Source: Chiloscyllium plagiosum
Lineage: Eukaryota
Length of the DNA: 64,000 nucleotides
Direction of reading: 5' to 3'
NCBI RefSeq assembly: GCF_004010195.1
Contig: NC_057720.1
Location: 12,286,183 to 12,350,182 of the forward strand
In this document: positions 40,205-53,062 of the stretch, piece after piece
How positions within the stretch are numbered: position 1 is the stretch's first letter
Layout of the letters: each line of letters begins with the position of its first letter
The notes under the pieces: generated by a model
Database searches by the model: none
What the model saw: the letters and a program-made list of their open reading frames with translations, nothing else
What the model was told of the DNA's origin: nothing
Translations under genes and position numbers: made by a program

Positions 40205-40835
40205 AAAGAATGTTTGGCACGCTTGCCTTCATTGACTGGAGCATTGAGTCCAGGACTTGGGACATCATGTTATGTCTATATAAGACATTGGGAAGGCCAC
40301 GTTTGGAGTACTACATAAAATTCTAGTCACCCTGCCACAGAAAGGATGTTGTTAAACCCAGAAAGGGTGAGACTAAGATTTACAAGCACGTAACTGAGAC
40401 GAGAGGGCTTGAGTTATAAGGGGAGGCTAGAGCTGCTAGGACTTCTTTCCCTGGAACGAAGGTGGTTGTAGGGTGATGTATAGAGGTTTATAAAATCATA
40501 AGGGGCATATATAAGGTAAATAGTCAAGGTCTTTTCTCCACTGTCTGGGAATCCAAAACTAGATGGCATAGGTTTAAGGTGAGAGGGAAAGTTTTAAAGG
40601 GACGAAAGGTGTTATTTTTCACACAAAGGGTCATGCGTGTGTAGAACAAGATGCCAGACGAAGTGGTGGCAGTTGGCACAATTACAGCATTTTAAAGACA
40701 TTTGGACAGGTACATGGATAGGAAAGGTTTAGCAGCAAATGGGATTAGTCCAGTTTAGGAAACCTGGTCAGCATGGATGGGTTGGGCTGAAGGGTCTGCT
40801 TCCATGCTGTATGACTCTGTAACTCTATGACCCTA
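40205..40835 (+). mobile_element. CR1 3' fragment with (GACTCT..)n tail
   Basis: Similarity to 35160-35880 and 46042-46373. Confidence 0.8.
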
Positions 40836-42304
40836 TAACAGTGAAGACGATAAGTAAATGACTGAATACAATTTTCATGTATTCTGGTGTTGGCTGGACT
40901 TGCGCATGAGGACTGTGCAGAATCCCCCCCACTCCTGCTGCTCATTTCAAGGGAATTGCTCAAGAAATTGAATTTTCTGACTGGCCAATCCCCAGCATTG
41001 TGAACTCTCCAAGACTTTGGAGGGTTCCAACTGCATTCCACTCAATAGCTACCCAGGAAAGATTAGAGAATTTAAAACCTACAGTGACCCATGGGGGCTG
41101 ACTCCCTGACTCGCTCTCCATCCCCATTCCAGAGTAGATCTCCTAGACCTGCTACTCTACCACTCTCCTACCTCCCAAACCCCAGTCCAACCCATCAAAC
41201 ACCCCCCACCCTGCTCCAACCTCCCCTCCTACCACAGCAGGCTTCTAATCTGCCTCCACCATAATGACCACTGCCCTGAGCACTCATTCTTTTACTTGGT
41301 ATCTCTATCCACCCACCCCTTCCCTTATCAACCTGGCATCTGCCCTCCTTACATAACACATTTACCTTTCCTCAGTTGTTGCTAGAGTGTCTTTGGGAAC
41401 CTTCAGTTAATTTAATCCTGAAATTCAGTGTAAAGTACTGTAACAAGGCCCCATCAGAGAGTTCATGTTCCCCTGGTTTCCTCCAATTCAGAACAGGCCA
41501 GACTCGGAATTTCGGCTGCAGAAATTGCCAACAGGTAAGTGTGCCATTTAAAAAGAGGATTACAGATGGTCAAGTCAATTCTGACGGTCTATTTCTGTGT
41601 ATTCTGCCTGATGTGGGATGGACAGCAGTCTCTGTTCTCTGCCTCTGAGCGACATAATTTCTCAGGAATAGAAATACGAAAAGCTTTTGACAAAAGGAAA
41701 ACACAGAACACGTCGGTGTAACTAACACTACTTGTACATGGATCTGAAAGGGTTAATACTGAGGCGTGCCAGATATAACACCAACACTGATGTCACATGG
41801 GCCTGTGGGCAGAATATCTTCCAATACTGAAGGAGTGATACTGAATATCTGGTCCTCCTCAAAAGCACAGGAACAATTTATCTGTAAATTATTCATAAAA
41901 TGTAACAATACATACGAGAGAAAATGGCCTAGTGGTATTATTGCTAGACTGTTAATCTAGAAACCCCAGATAATGTTCTGGGGACCCATGTTTGAATCTC
42001 ACCAAGGCAGATGGTGGAATTTAAATTCAATTTTAATCTGGAATTAAGGATTTAATGACCATGGGAGTGTTGCCAGTTGTCAGAGAAAAATCCATCTGGT
42101 TCACTAATGGCCTTACTTACCTGGTGTGGCCTATGAGTGACTCACAGCAATGTGATTAACTCTGAACTGCCATCTGGCCAGTTAGGGATGGGAAGTAAAT
42201 GTTGGCCTCGTCAGTGACATACACATCCCATCTGTGAATAAAAAAAATCAACTTTTTGCTCAACACAAGGGCCTCTTCTGGTTAGACCAGTAAGTGATTC
42301 TTGG

Positions 42305-42710
42305 AATCTCCATCGTGCACAAAGAGGCCTTTCCACCTATCGAATTTGCACCGAACCTCTGAACAGCATCCCATCTAGATCCAGCTGCTATCCATGTATC
42401 CCCACATTTATCATGGCTAATCCTCGAACCTGCCCTTCTCTGGGCGTTACAGGGGAATGTAGCATAGCTAATCCACCTAACCTGCCCTTCCCTGGATGTT
42501 AGAGGGGAATTTAGCATGGCTAACCCTTGAACCTGCCCTTCCCTGGACTTTACAGGGGAATTTAGCATGGCTAATCCACCTAACCTGCACATAGTGTCTT
42601 TGGAGGAAACCCACACAGACATGGGGAGAATGTGCAGACTGCACACAGCTCTCATCCAAGACTTGAATCAAACCTGAATCCCTGGCACTGTGAAGCAGCA
42701 GTGCTAACCA
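42305..42710 (-). repeat. HE1-like SINE with an internal tandem duplication of about 100 bp
   Basis: Repeated gaacctgcccttc...acaggggaat...agcat..ctaatccacctaacctgc; the translation repeats LAMLNSP..SREGQV. Confidence 0.75.
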
Positions 42711-43787
42711 TAAAATATTTTCCCATCAATCTGCTGAGCGATGTTATACACACCTCTGGAAGCAGGTGGGACTTGAACCCATGCCTCCTTGTTGAGGAGG
42801 TAGGGACACCACCCTACACCACATGATCCTTAACAAGATCATTTGGTCATTACTTCCGCACACGGTTTTCTCCACTATCACATTAAACTAAGCAGGCCTT
42901 GTAGATCCCTACACTTAGAAGATGGTAACAGCAAACCTTCTCCAGGTTGAGATGCAGACTCAATTTAACTGGACATACACCCACTTCCCTTTATGTAGGA
43001 CATTCAATTGATACTAACAGAGACCAATGCAGGATAACATCCAGTTCAGGTCACCACACTTCAGTGAAGTTGGCAGGATCCCCAGGAGGGAGCAGAGGAG
43101 ATTTACCAGAATGGTTCCAGGAGTGAGGGATTACAGCAACATGGTTATGTTGGAGAAGCTGCAGTGAGGAACACTGGAATAGGAGTAAGCTGTTCAGTCT
43201 CTCAAGGCCACTGTGCTACACAATGCAATTTTCCGCATCAATGTACATTCACTACACTGTCCCATGTCTCTTTACATTATTGATAATCCTTGCTGAGGAT
43301 GGTGGAGGCAGGGACATCAATAATTTCAATAGAAAATTGAATAGAGATTAGAGGGATATAAACTTCCATGGGTAAAGGGACAGAACAGGGGAAATGGGAC
43401 TGGCTGGATACTCTAGAGAGTCAGTATGGACTCAGTTAGTTGAATAGCCTTCTTCTGTGCTATAATGAGTTTTCAAAAATGATTGACAGACATGGTCAGA
43501 TTTAACTATGATACACCATCTGCTTTGTGCCACAACTGTGCGCTTGTAATGGTAAGTCAATCTTGTGGTGGAATCTCGGGAAAAGGAATCGACTATTTTA
43601 AAACTAATCAATAAATGTATTTCTGTATCAGACCATAGTGCATCACACGGTGTGTGATGGAAATCTGAATTTTAAAAATCCATACTCTCTAAATACTGAA
43701 ACTTTCACCAATGCGATTTTATTAGGCTAGATATGAAAGCATATAGATTAAAGGCAGATAAATAGAGTTAACACGCAATCTAACCGA

Positions 43788-44200
43788 GAGGTCAAAAGTC
43801 ACATGACACCAAGGTTTGATCCAACAGGTTTATTTGAAATCATAAGTTTTCAGGGCTTGCTCCTTTGTCAGGTGCAGCAAAAGGGAACAGCAAACGAGCT
43901 TAAAGGCAGAGAAATCAAAAGATCATACAAGTGGTGTAAGTGGAGTGTCAAATAATAAGTCTCTGTAGGTGATCAAGACAGTTACTCTGCAGAGACTCAT
44001 TATCTGACATTCTACTCTCACTAATTGTATGATCTTGATCTCTCAGCCTATAAAGTCTGTGTGCTCTTCTCTCTCACCGCACCTGAAGGGGTTGTGCTCT
44101 GAAAGCTTGTGATTTAAAATAAACCTAATGGACTATAACCTGGAATTGTGTGACTTCTGACTTTGTCCACCCCAGTCCAACACCAGCACCTCCAAATCAT
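43788..44200. mobile_element. About 380-bp imperfect palindrome of Penelope-like termini
   Basis: gtcaaaagtcacatgac...agtctctgtag pairs with ctgcagagact...gtgtgacttctgac. Confidence 0.7.
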
Positions 44201-44929
44201 AACCGTAGGTTGGAACTGACGGGGGACAGAAACCCGCTCATATTCATGTATCAGCTTCAGTTACTACTTTGAAGCTATTTTTAACAAGGTTTTTTTAAAA
44301 TTAGTTCATTCGTGGAATGTGACCATTCAATGTTTATTGTCCATTCCTAATAACTTTGTAGAAGACGGTAGTGGAGTGCTGTCTTACTGGACAGTGCTGT
44401 TAGAGAGTTCCAGGATTTTGCACTAGTGACAATGGAAGGAATGACATTGTAGTTCCAATCAGGATGATGAGTGGCTTGTGAGAAACTGAAAAGGTTTGGA
44501 AATTTTTCACACACTCGCTATCTTTGGACATGACTTTGCGAATCCAAAATCACTCTGGTTTCTAAGATTTAAAATATCCGTCAATAGTGTTATACAGTGC
44601 TGCAGAAATTCCCACTGCTATTGGTAATCCTTTCCCCTTGTTTAATTTTGTAATCTCATTGAGGAGGAAGAGAATATGGAAACTTCAGTGCTTTGAATAT
44701 CTGAGTTGCTTTGATCAGTGCCAAAACCATTGAATGTAGGGAAACGTTATCTGCATTATCAACAAAATTGTAGGAATGGGTTTTCAATTATGTAATACGT
44801 TCTGATCAGAAGGAATTATTTGCTTCCCCCTTGTGTTTTTGCTTGAGGGAAGTGGAATGCTGGCCTTGAAATTCAAGCAGGAATTCTAATGCCACATTCA
44901 AGATGCCTACAGCATTAAAAACTTGAAGA

Positions 44930-46373
44930 TGTCTTGAAACGGTTAAAGGTGGATAAATCCCCAGGACTGATCAGGTGTACCCGACAACTCTGTGGGAAGC
45001 TAGAGAAGTGACTGCTGGGCCTCTTGCTGAGATATTTGTATCATCGATAGTCATGGGTGAGGTGCCGGAAGACTGGAGGTTGGCAAACGTGGTGCCACTG
45101 TTTAAGAAGGGCGGTAAAGACAAGCCAGGGAACTATAGACCGGTGAGCCTGACCTCGGTGGTGGGCAAGTTGTTGGAGGAAATCCTGAGGGACAGGATGC
45201 ACATGCATTTGGAAAGGCAAGGACTAATTCGGGATAGTCAACATGGCTTTGTGCGTGGGAAATCATGTCTCACAAACTTGATTGAGTTTTTTTGAAGAAG
45301 TAACAAAGATGATTGATGAGAGCAGAGCAGTAGATGTGATCTATATAGACTTCAGTAAGGTGTTTGACAAGGTTACCCATGGGAGACTGATGAACAAGGT
45401 TAGATCTCACTGAATACAGGGAGAACTCGCCATTTGGATACAGAACTGTCTCAAAGGTAGAAGGCAGAGGATGGTGGTGGAGGGTTGTTTTTCAGACCGG
45501 AGGCCTGTGACCAGTGGAGTGCCACAAGGAACTGTACTGGGCCCTCTACTTTTTGTCATTTACATAAATGATTTGAATGCGAGCATAAGAGGTACAGTTC
45601 GTAAGTTTGCAGATGACACCAGAATTGGAGGTGTAGTGGACAGCGAAGAGGGTTACCTCAGATTATAACAGGATCTGGACCAGATGGGCCAATGGGCTGA
45701 GAAGTGGCAGATGGAGTTTAATTCAGATAAATGTGAGGTGCTGCATTTTGGGAAAGCAAATCTTAGCAGGACTTATACACTTAATGGTAAGNNNNNNNNN
45801 NNNNNNNNNNNNNNNNNNNNNNNNNNNNNNNNNNNNNNNNNNNNNNNNNNNNNNNNNNNNNNNNNNNNNNNNNNNNNNNNNNNNNNNNNNNNNNNNNNNN
45901 NNNNNNNNNNNNNNNNNNNNNNNNNNNNNNNNNNNNNNNNNNNNNNNNNNNNNNNNNNNNNNNNNNNNNNNNNNNNNNNNNNNNNNNNNNNNNNNNNNNN
46001 NNNNNNNNNNNNNNNNNNNNNNNNNNNNNNNNNNNNNNNNNNTAAATAGACAAAGTCTCATCCCTGGGGTGGGGAGTCCAGAACTCGAGGGCGTAGGTTT
46101 AGGGTGAGAGGGGAAAGATGTAGAAAAGACTTAAGAGGCAACTTTTTCACGCAGAGGGTGGTATGTGTTTGAAATGAGCTGCCAGAGGATGTGGTGGAGG
46201 CTGGTACAATTGCAACATTTAAGAGGCATTTGGATGGGTATATGAATAGGAAGGGTTTGGAGAGATATGGGCTGGGTGCTGGCAGGTGGGACTAGTTTGG
46301 GTTGGGATGTCTGGTCGACGTGAACAGGTTGGACCGAAGGGTCTGTTTCCATGCTGTACATCTCTATGACTCT
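44930..46373 (+). mobile_element. Relatively young CR1 RT fragment (250-N gap at 45792-46041)
   Basis: VPEDWRLANVVPLFKKGGKDKPGNYRPVSLTSVVGKLLE; SGVPQGTVLGPLLFVIYINDL; KFADDT. Confidence 0.95.
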
Positions 46374-49300
46374 AATTAATGAGCAGAGTGCAGCCAAATC
46401 GCTACTCTAACATTTTCCAGTGATGGCTTTCCATATATTGTTATGAGTTACATTTGCTCACACTGGATATTTCAAGGAAAGGTTCAGTCCTAAGTGTCAA
46501 TGCCATAGGAGAAGGTGAATTACTGAGCAATGATTTTATACTCAAGTTTGGAGTTTGTTAATAGTTGCAGTGCCTCGATTCATAAACTTTAGTATGCAAG
46601 TCCAAATCATATTATTTCAAGTTGAGGAGCTGAACTCAACTTAATATGTGGAATACAAATACAAAATCTGATGGAGAGTTGCTTTTTTTTTAAACCCCAA
46701 AGAATTTGTATTTAAGAATCTTACTATGTGGAGACTTGTAAACTTTTCACTTACTCATGCGAGTACATGACAATGAAGCTAATTTAGCTAAAAAGACAAC
46801 CAGCCTATAAACTTCACTTATTTAAGTGAACTGAAGGAGAGAGTTAGACAAGTGTTTTAAACACTATGTGGGACTTTAAGAGTAAACCAGGCAGTCCACA
46901 TCTCAGACACTGATCATATAATGTAGTGGTTCCAAAACAAACAAAGGTTTGTCATGAGACTTTAAGACTTTGACAAATCTAATATTCTGGGAAATTTCTG
47001 CTCTTTCTTGACTGAATGTAGGACAGGTGGCATGATAAATCAGGAGTGGGGCTGCAGGGTCATGGTGATATAAAGCTGGGCATCCTACCCTTTTTCATGA
47101 TGATGTTCCCAAGAGGTAACAGATAGTTGAGAAATAGCCAATACCCAAACATAGATTCCTTGGGAGACAGCAGAGGTAACAGTGCAGGTGAATTAAGACA
47201 ACCCATTGCAAATGGGCTCTGGAAATAAGTGAATAGTTCAGAATGAGGCCAAGCCACTGGTGTAAGAGAATGGTTAACTGTGCCCAAGAACAATACAGCA
47301 CAGGAGCAGGCCCTCTGACCATCCAAACCTATGTGAAACATTTTGCCCTTCCATACTACAACTACCTTCACTTACAAGTTCTGTATCCCTCTTTCCTATT
47401 CATGTATTCATCCAGGTACTTCCTGAATGCAGTTGTGTCAAAGGCTTCATTTTTAAAAACATAGTTATATTCTTGGGAAACACTGGCAATATCACTATTT
47501 GTTGCCAATCTCAAACTGCCTTTGAACTGAGTGGCTCGCTACATTAATACAAAGGACAAGAATCAGTCAGATTACTGTGACTTCTGGGCCACTGGAATCT
47601 ACTTAGCCCAGGCTCCAGTTTGATGTAATCTGACACGACCTCCTGTACTTATACTCAGTGGCTGCCTTAGAAGTTACAATTCCCTTGATACTAATTTCCC
47701 CTCAAATTCTTTTTACAGCATCCATTTTAATCAAGAATGTTTAACTCTTCACTCTGCTAGCCAACTACCAGCCCCACCCTCTCTCCCTTTGACTTGAGAC
47801 TGTAATTTCTAACAGCATTCGCAATTCTGTTGGAGAATGCGAAGGTCATACATATTCCATTATTGTGTTCTTGAAAACAACCATTTAATGAATTGGAATA
47901 GCTGCTACTGATGATGGCTGGTCTGTGGCTGTGACACTAATGAAGATTGCAATTGAACAGCATGGAACAACAATGAAATGGACCTTGGTTCTTTTTGTGA
48001 ACAGAACACCTGGTCAACTTTCCACATTGCCACCTAAATACCAGTGTTGCAAATCTATTGGAACAATTGGACTGTAATTCACTTAGATCTGAAGCACAAG
48101 TCTGAAATTCATTGCAAATATTTAAGTCTTGTGTTTTGCACTGTGATAGACTTCATTATTCTGGGTGGGGCTGATTGTGACACCTAATCCTCTGATCAGT
48201 TATTTGTTCACCCACCATTTGTAACTGAATGCAGCACTACTGCATAGCTTTGATGGAATGGAGTAATTACTTAGCTTTATCCTGCAACACAACCATTTTG
48301 GTCGAGAAAAGGACATGATGCTGCTCTGTGGTCCAGGCAGATAACGTGGTGAGTGACTAAGTCACCTGTCTTCTAAAAATCAATTAGGTTTTATTAAGCC
48401 TAACACCTACCTCATGCTCTTTAACTATTTCTAAATGAGGCCTGGCACATTGAATGTCTTCTGCACAAATGTCACCTGTTCTTCATTTGTGTACCCCATT
48501 GAGAATTTTGATCTTCAGTTTAGAATGTTTGTTTCTTTGTCGTACTAAAATGTACTTTGCAATTCTCTGCATTAAAGTTTATCTGTGATGTGTCTGCCTC
48601 GTCCACCAGCCTATGTCTTGAGTCTGTGAGGATAGTCATAACTTGCAATCAGTGAGAGAGAGGCGGTGACATTGCGTCAATGTCAGTTAACTAGCCCAGG
48701 CTTCAAATGGCTTTTGTTCTGAGGACATGGACTCAAATTCCACCAAGACACGGTAATATTGAATTGAATAAAGATCTGGAATTGAAAAGCTTGTCTAAGG
48801 TTGAATGTGTAACCACTGTCAACTGTGGTAAATATCCATCTCGTTGACTAATATCCTTTAGGGAAGCAAATCTCCTGTCCTTACCTTTTCTGGGCAACAT
48901 GCGACTCCAGGCCGCAGCAATCTGGTTGGCTCTTAATGAGGTGGACAGGAAAATTTATCTGAAGGATTTGGAAGTATTGTCTTTAAACAAGGCCCCGAAA
49001 TACCCCAGCTCCACTCTAATTTTTTAAAAGGAGCATTTCCCTGGCACTACTTAGATATTTATCCCTCAACTTCAGATTTGCTAGTCATTAAACCATAAAT
49101 GATCTTGTGCTAAGGTTGGCTGTTGTATTTGCAGTTGGAAAATTAATTTCAAAATCACTACTTAACAGCTGGAATGGGCAGATGATTTGCTGAGGGAATG
49201 TTGGACATGCAAGACTTGTACAGGTTGGAATCTAAAAGACAACTTGATTTCAACATATCCTGATGGCTTCAGATAGTGTGCATGCAGAAAAGATACTTTC

Positions 49301-49723
49301 CACCTGTGCAAGAATCCAGAACAAAGAATCACAAGTTCCAAAGTAAGGGATTGTTCATTTAAAACAGATGAGGAGAAATTCTGAGGATTGAACATCTTTA
49401 GAAATAATTTTGCTACATTTTGAAGAGAGTCTTCAAAGCAGGATGATTCGTGGTAAGCAAGGGGATGAAAGTATTACTGTCTACTTCCCTTAAACTTGAG
49501 TAATCAGGTCAACCGTGATCCTATCAAAAGAGAGCGCCTGCTTGAGGGGATAAGTAGCTTATTCCGGTTCTGAATTTCTACATTTGTTTGTTCATGGTCA
49601 TGGAAGGAGTAGTATACATAAAGTATTTCCTTCCTCCCAACCACTTCTTGGCTATTGTTTTGCTCAGCCTGTAATATGATAAATTAAAATCAAGTCACAG
49701 ATTCGATTGTTTTATACTTGCAG

Positions 49724-49912
49724 GAAGAAATAGAAGAGGTCACAAAGGAGCCCAAAAGAGATGATGCTCCATTTACACACAAAGTTGATATGCGAGCTCG
49801 CTTTGAGCAAATGGCTAAAGCAAGAGAAGATGAAGAAAGGAGAAGAATTGAAGAGCAAAAGCTTCAAAGGATGCAATTTGAACAGAAAGAAATTGATGCA
49901 GCACTGCAAAAG
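49724..49912 (+). CDS. NEXN: Nexilin coding exon 9 (EEIEEV...[21 protein letters not shown]...IDAALQK)
   Basis: ttgcag acceptor, gtttgt donor; matches [21 protein letters not shown]. Confidence 0.95.
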
Positions 49913-50209
49913 GTTTGTAATGTACAGGTTGGAATCTAATGAAACTCTGGCTGTCTTGTTACTGACTGAACACAATTGTCTAACTTAAATGTTGCAAGAT
50001 TTTTATGGTTAAGTGGTTTGATAGGGTAGATAAAGAATATTTTTATCCATTTGTGATGACCAAAACTATGAACCAGTTGAGAGTCACAAAAAAAGTTAAA
50101 TGAAAACTCTAATGTCTTTATCCAAAATATGAAACTGGTTACCACATGGAATGATTGAAACTATATTTATTAAAGGGAAAGGGGAAGCTAGACAAGGACA
50201 AAAGCTAAA

Positions 50210-50396
50210 AGCTGACCTGCTGTGGTCAAAGAGGATTTGAAAATTTATGTTCAAGGTCCTGGCAGCATTTATTCACTACTGCATCTAACACCAGCTAACT
50301 AGGATACATAGCTAGTGTTAGATGCAGTAGTGAATAAATGCTGCCAGGACCTTGAACATAAATTTTCAAATCCTCACTGACTATAGCAGGACAGCT
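50210..50396. repeat. Long inverted repeat: perfect 61-bp arms 50231-50291 and 50315-50375 plus imperfect extensions
   Basis: Direct base-by-base reverse-complement match. Confidence 0.95.
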
Positions 50397-50414
50397 ATTG
50401 CAGAACAATAATTC

Positions 50415-51360
50415 GAGAAGGATGGTTGACATGTTTTTTTGGTGACTGGATGCCTGTATTGAATAACTCAGTTTGCTGCTGGGTCCTTTGCTTGTTACTG
50501 TGTATTTTAATGAGCTAGATGTAAACGTAGAAGGTATGACCTGTAAGTTTACAGCTGACAAAAATGGGTGGTGCACTAAATAGTGAGGAAAGCTAATGGG
50601 CTGAACAGTGGCAAATGGAACTTAGTCCTGAAAAATGTTAGTCTTGAAAAATGTGAAGTGATGATTTTTGGGAAGAATATACAATGAATGAACAGTAACA
50701 ATCGAGCAAATACTGAGCATCAAGGGAACTTGGTATGCAGGTCCATAGATCCTTGAAGGCAACATTACAGGTAGAGGTGGTGGTGGTTTAGTAGGCATAT
50801 GGGATATTTACCTTTATCAGTCAAGGCAATGAATACAAGAGCAAGGTGGTTATGAAGCTGTAATATAACATTAGTTAGACTACAGCTTAAGTAGTGAGTG
50901 CAGTTCTGGTTGCCACACGAAAGGAAGCTTGTGAATGCACAAGAGAGGGTGTAGAAGAGATTTTGCCTGGGCGAGAGGGATTCAGCTACACTAGATGGGC
51001 TGGGGTTGTTTTCCCGAGAGCAGAGAAGGCTGCAAGGGGTTCTGATTGACTGTACAATATTTGAGGTACACAGACAAATTTGGTAGGGAAAAACCTTTCC
51101 CCACAGTACAGGGGTCAACAATCAGGGGGAAGCATTTTAAGGTAAGGATAAGGCCTTCAGAGTACCAGAAACACTCAGCCAAAAAAAAACGTTGGCAGAC
51201 GTGGGAACCTTCAAGACATTTAACAACTTTTCAGGAGATTTCTTGAAAAACCATAGCAAACAAGGTTATGGGCCAAGGGCTGAAAATGGGATTTTAACAG
51301 CTGGATGACTAATGACTTGTGGACAGGATGGGCCAAAGGACCTCTTTTTATGTTGTAAAT
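50415..51360 (+). mobile_element. Old degenerate CR1 3' fragment directly upstream of the Ig exon
   Basis: taagtttacagctgac (KFADD-like), gtgcagttctggttgccacac, STIRGKHFKVR. Confidence 0.75.
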
Positions 51361-51413
51361 TAAAAATGCTTTCAACAGAAGGACCATTTAACCTTCTAAT
51401 TCCTAACTTGCAG

Positions 51414-51788
51414 AAAGGGGATGAAGAGGAGGAGGAGGAAGGCAGCATTGTTAATGGATCAGCCTGTGAGGATGACAATGATGAACTCATTCGGTCTGGC
51501 GCTCCATGGTTCAAGAAACCCCTTAAGAATACATCCGTTGTGGATGGAGAGCCTGTAAGGTTCACTGTGAAAATCATGGGAGAACCCACACCAGGGGTCA
51601 CGTGGTGGTTTGAGGGTGAAATGTTGCAAGACTGCGAGGACTATCAATACATTGAAAGAGGAGAAACTTACTGCCTTTACCTCCCTGAAACCTTCCCTGA
51701 AGACGAAGGAGAATACATGTGCAAAGCTGTCAACACCAAAGGAACAGCTGCTAGCACTTGTATTCTCACCATTGAAAGTAAGAATTAA
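51414..51788 (+). CDS. NEXN: Nexilin coding exon 10, C-terminal I-set Ig domain, read-through ending TIESKN*
   Basis: ttgcag acceptor; [24 protein letters not shown]...[13 protein letters not shown]...CILTIESKN. Confidence 0.97.
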   Translation, partial: KGDEEEEEEGSIVNGSACEDDNDELIRSGAPWFKKPLKNTSVVDGEPVRFTVKIMGEPTPGVTWWFEGEMLQDCEDYQYIERGETYCLYLPETFPEDEGEYMCKAVNTKGTAASTCILTIESKN

Positions 51789-51926
51789 GTTTTGTACAGA
51801 CACTTTTTCTAAAGGCAAGAAATTTGTGAACTCATCTATACACATACCCCAAGTTAAAACCAATGCTTAAACTTTCAGCTTTTTCTCAATGGCAACTAAT
51901 TTCTTGAATTTTCTCTTTTCTTTTAG

Positions 51927-51940
51927 CTGATGACTACTAA
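51927..51940 (+). CDS. NEXN: Alternative nexilin terminal coding segment giving ...TIETDDY* (donor after 51777)
   Basis: Internal donor GAAA|gtaaga at 51778; strong polypyrimidine acceptor ttttctcttttcttttag ending at 51926; matches the recalled rodent ending TIEMDDY. Confidence 0.85.
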
Positions 51941-52951
51941 ATCTGCTGGAATTTCCTTTCTGTCTTCAACCTTTACTACATCCATCTTTCCCCTATGACG
52001 GGGCCAAAAATTTTAAAATGCTCCTACCCTTGGAAAATTTGCTGTAGTGTTGATCGTCATTCCTCTCATGGTTATTTCATAGCCTAGAAATCTGCATGAG
52101 GCTTACATACTGGTTTTATTTGGTCAGTTTTAGTCCTTTAAAATGATCTTGTGATGTTATGTAACAGATGCTATTGTATCTGCACATTATTGTTAATAGC
52201 AGAGCCCACTTATAAATCATCCTGTGTCTATGAAACTATGAATTTCAAAAATTTTAACCTAAGGTTAACCTATTTATCAATCACTACTTGGGTCAACCAC
52301 AAGCAAAATGTTGCTTTTAAAATCATTGTTAGAATTGTCCATCATGAAAACTCAAACTTGGCATACAGAAGTTTTTAGGGTTTTTATTAAAAAATTAAAT
52401 GCAACATGAAAACTACTTGTTGTTTAAATTCAAATCAGTATTTTGGGTTTGTCAGCATATAGAAAATGTGTCTTATTTAATCACTTGTATAGATTACCAT
52501 GAAGCCTTACATACAAATTGGACTATGGACAAAAATGCTCTTTCACGCAACTTGGCAATGGGCCCAAGAGGACCCATGTTAAGACAATTTGTGGTCCTCA
52601 AATGCTCTTCATGCAGAATGTACTTTTTTGTAAGCTGAACTCCTGCGCTACTGTATTTTGCGATACATTTAAAATCGACTTTGAAACAAAATAATATGCC
52701 TCTTATTCTTACTGTGTTTCAATGCTATAAATTAGTGCTTGCAAAACAGTTAACTTGCACCTTTGGTGGCATTGATATATTCCAGCAGCACCTACAGGAT
52801 CAGCGCTAACCCAAGAGCTTTCACAATCTGCTTTGATCAGTGCAACACACTGACACAGACAAAGTAGTGACCACTGCAAACACATGGAAGGGAAAGGCAG
52901 ACAACAACAAAAAGGGTGATCTTTTGATTCTTGCTGTAACAGCTACAGTTT

Positions 52952-53062
52952 AATAAAAAGTTGAGAACAAGTTCTTTGTAAATTAATATTGAGGTCATTC
53001 ATCCTCCCCCAACACTGTAATAAAGGGGCTAATTTCAAATTGTATTCATGACCACAATAAAT
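52952..53062 (+). promoter_or_regulatory. Cluster of three AATAAA candidate polyadenylation signals for NEXN
   Basis: AATAAA at about 52952, 53019 and 53057, roughly 1 kb after the stop in an AT-rich, TE-free 3'UTR-like tract. Confidence 0.5.

Noticed and set aside
42420..42590. Regularly spaced direct repeats superficially like an array
   Set aside because: Internal tandem duplication within a SINE; vertebrate DNA, no unique spacers, not CRISPR
45684..46107. ORFs spanning Ns
   Set aside because: Gap artefacts within a CR1 copy
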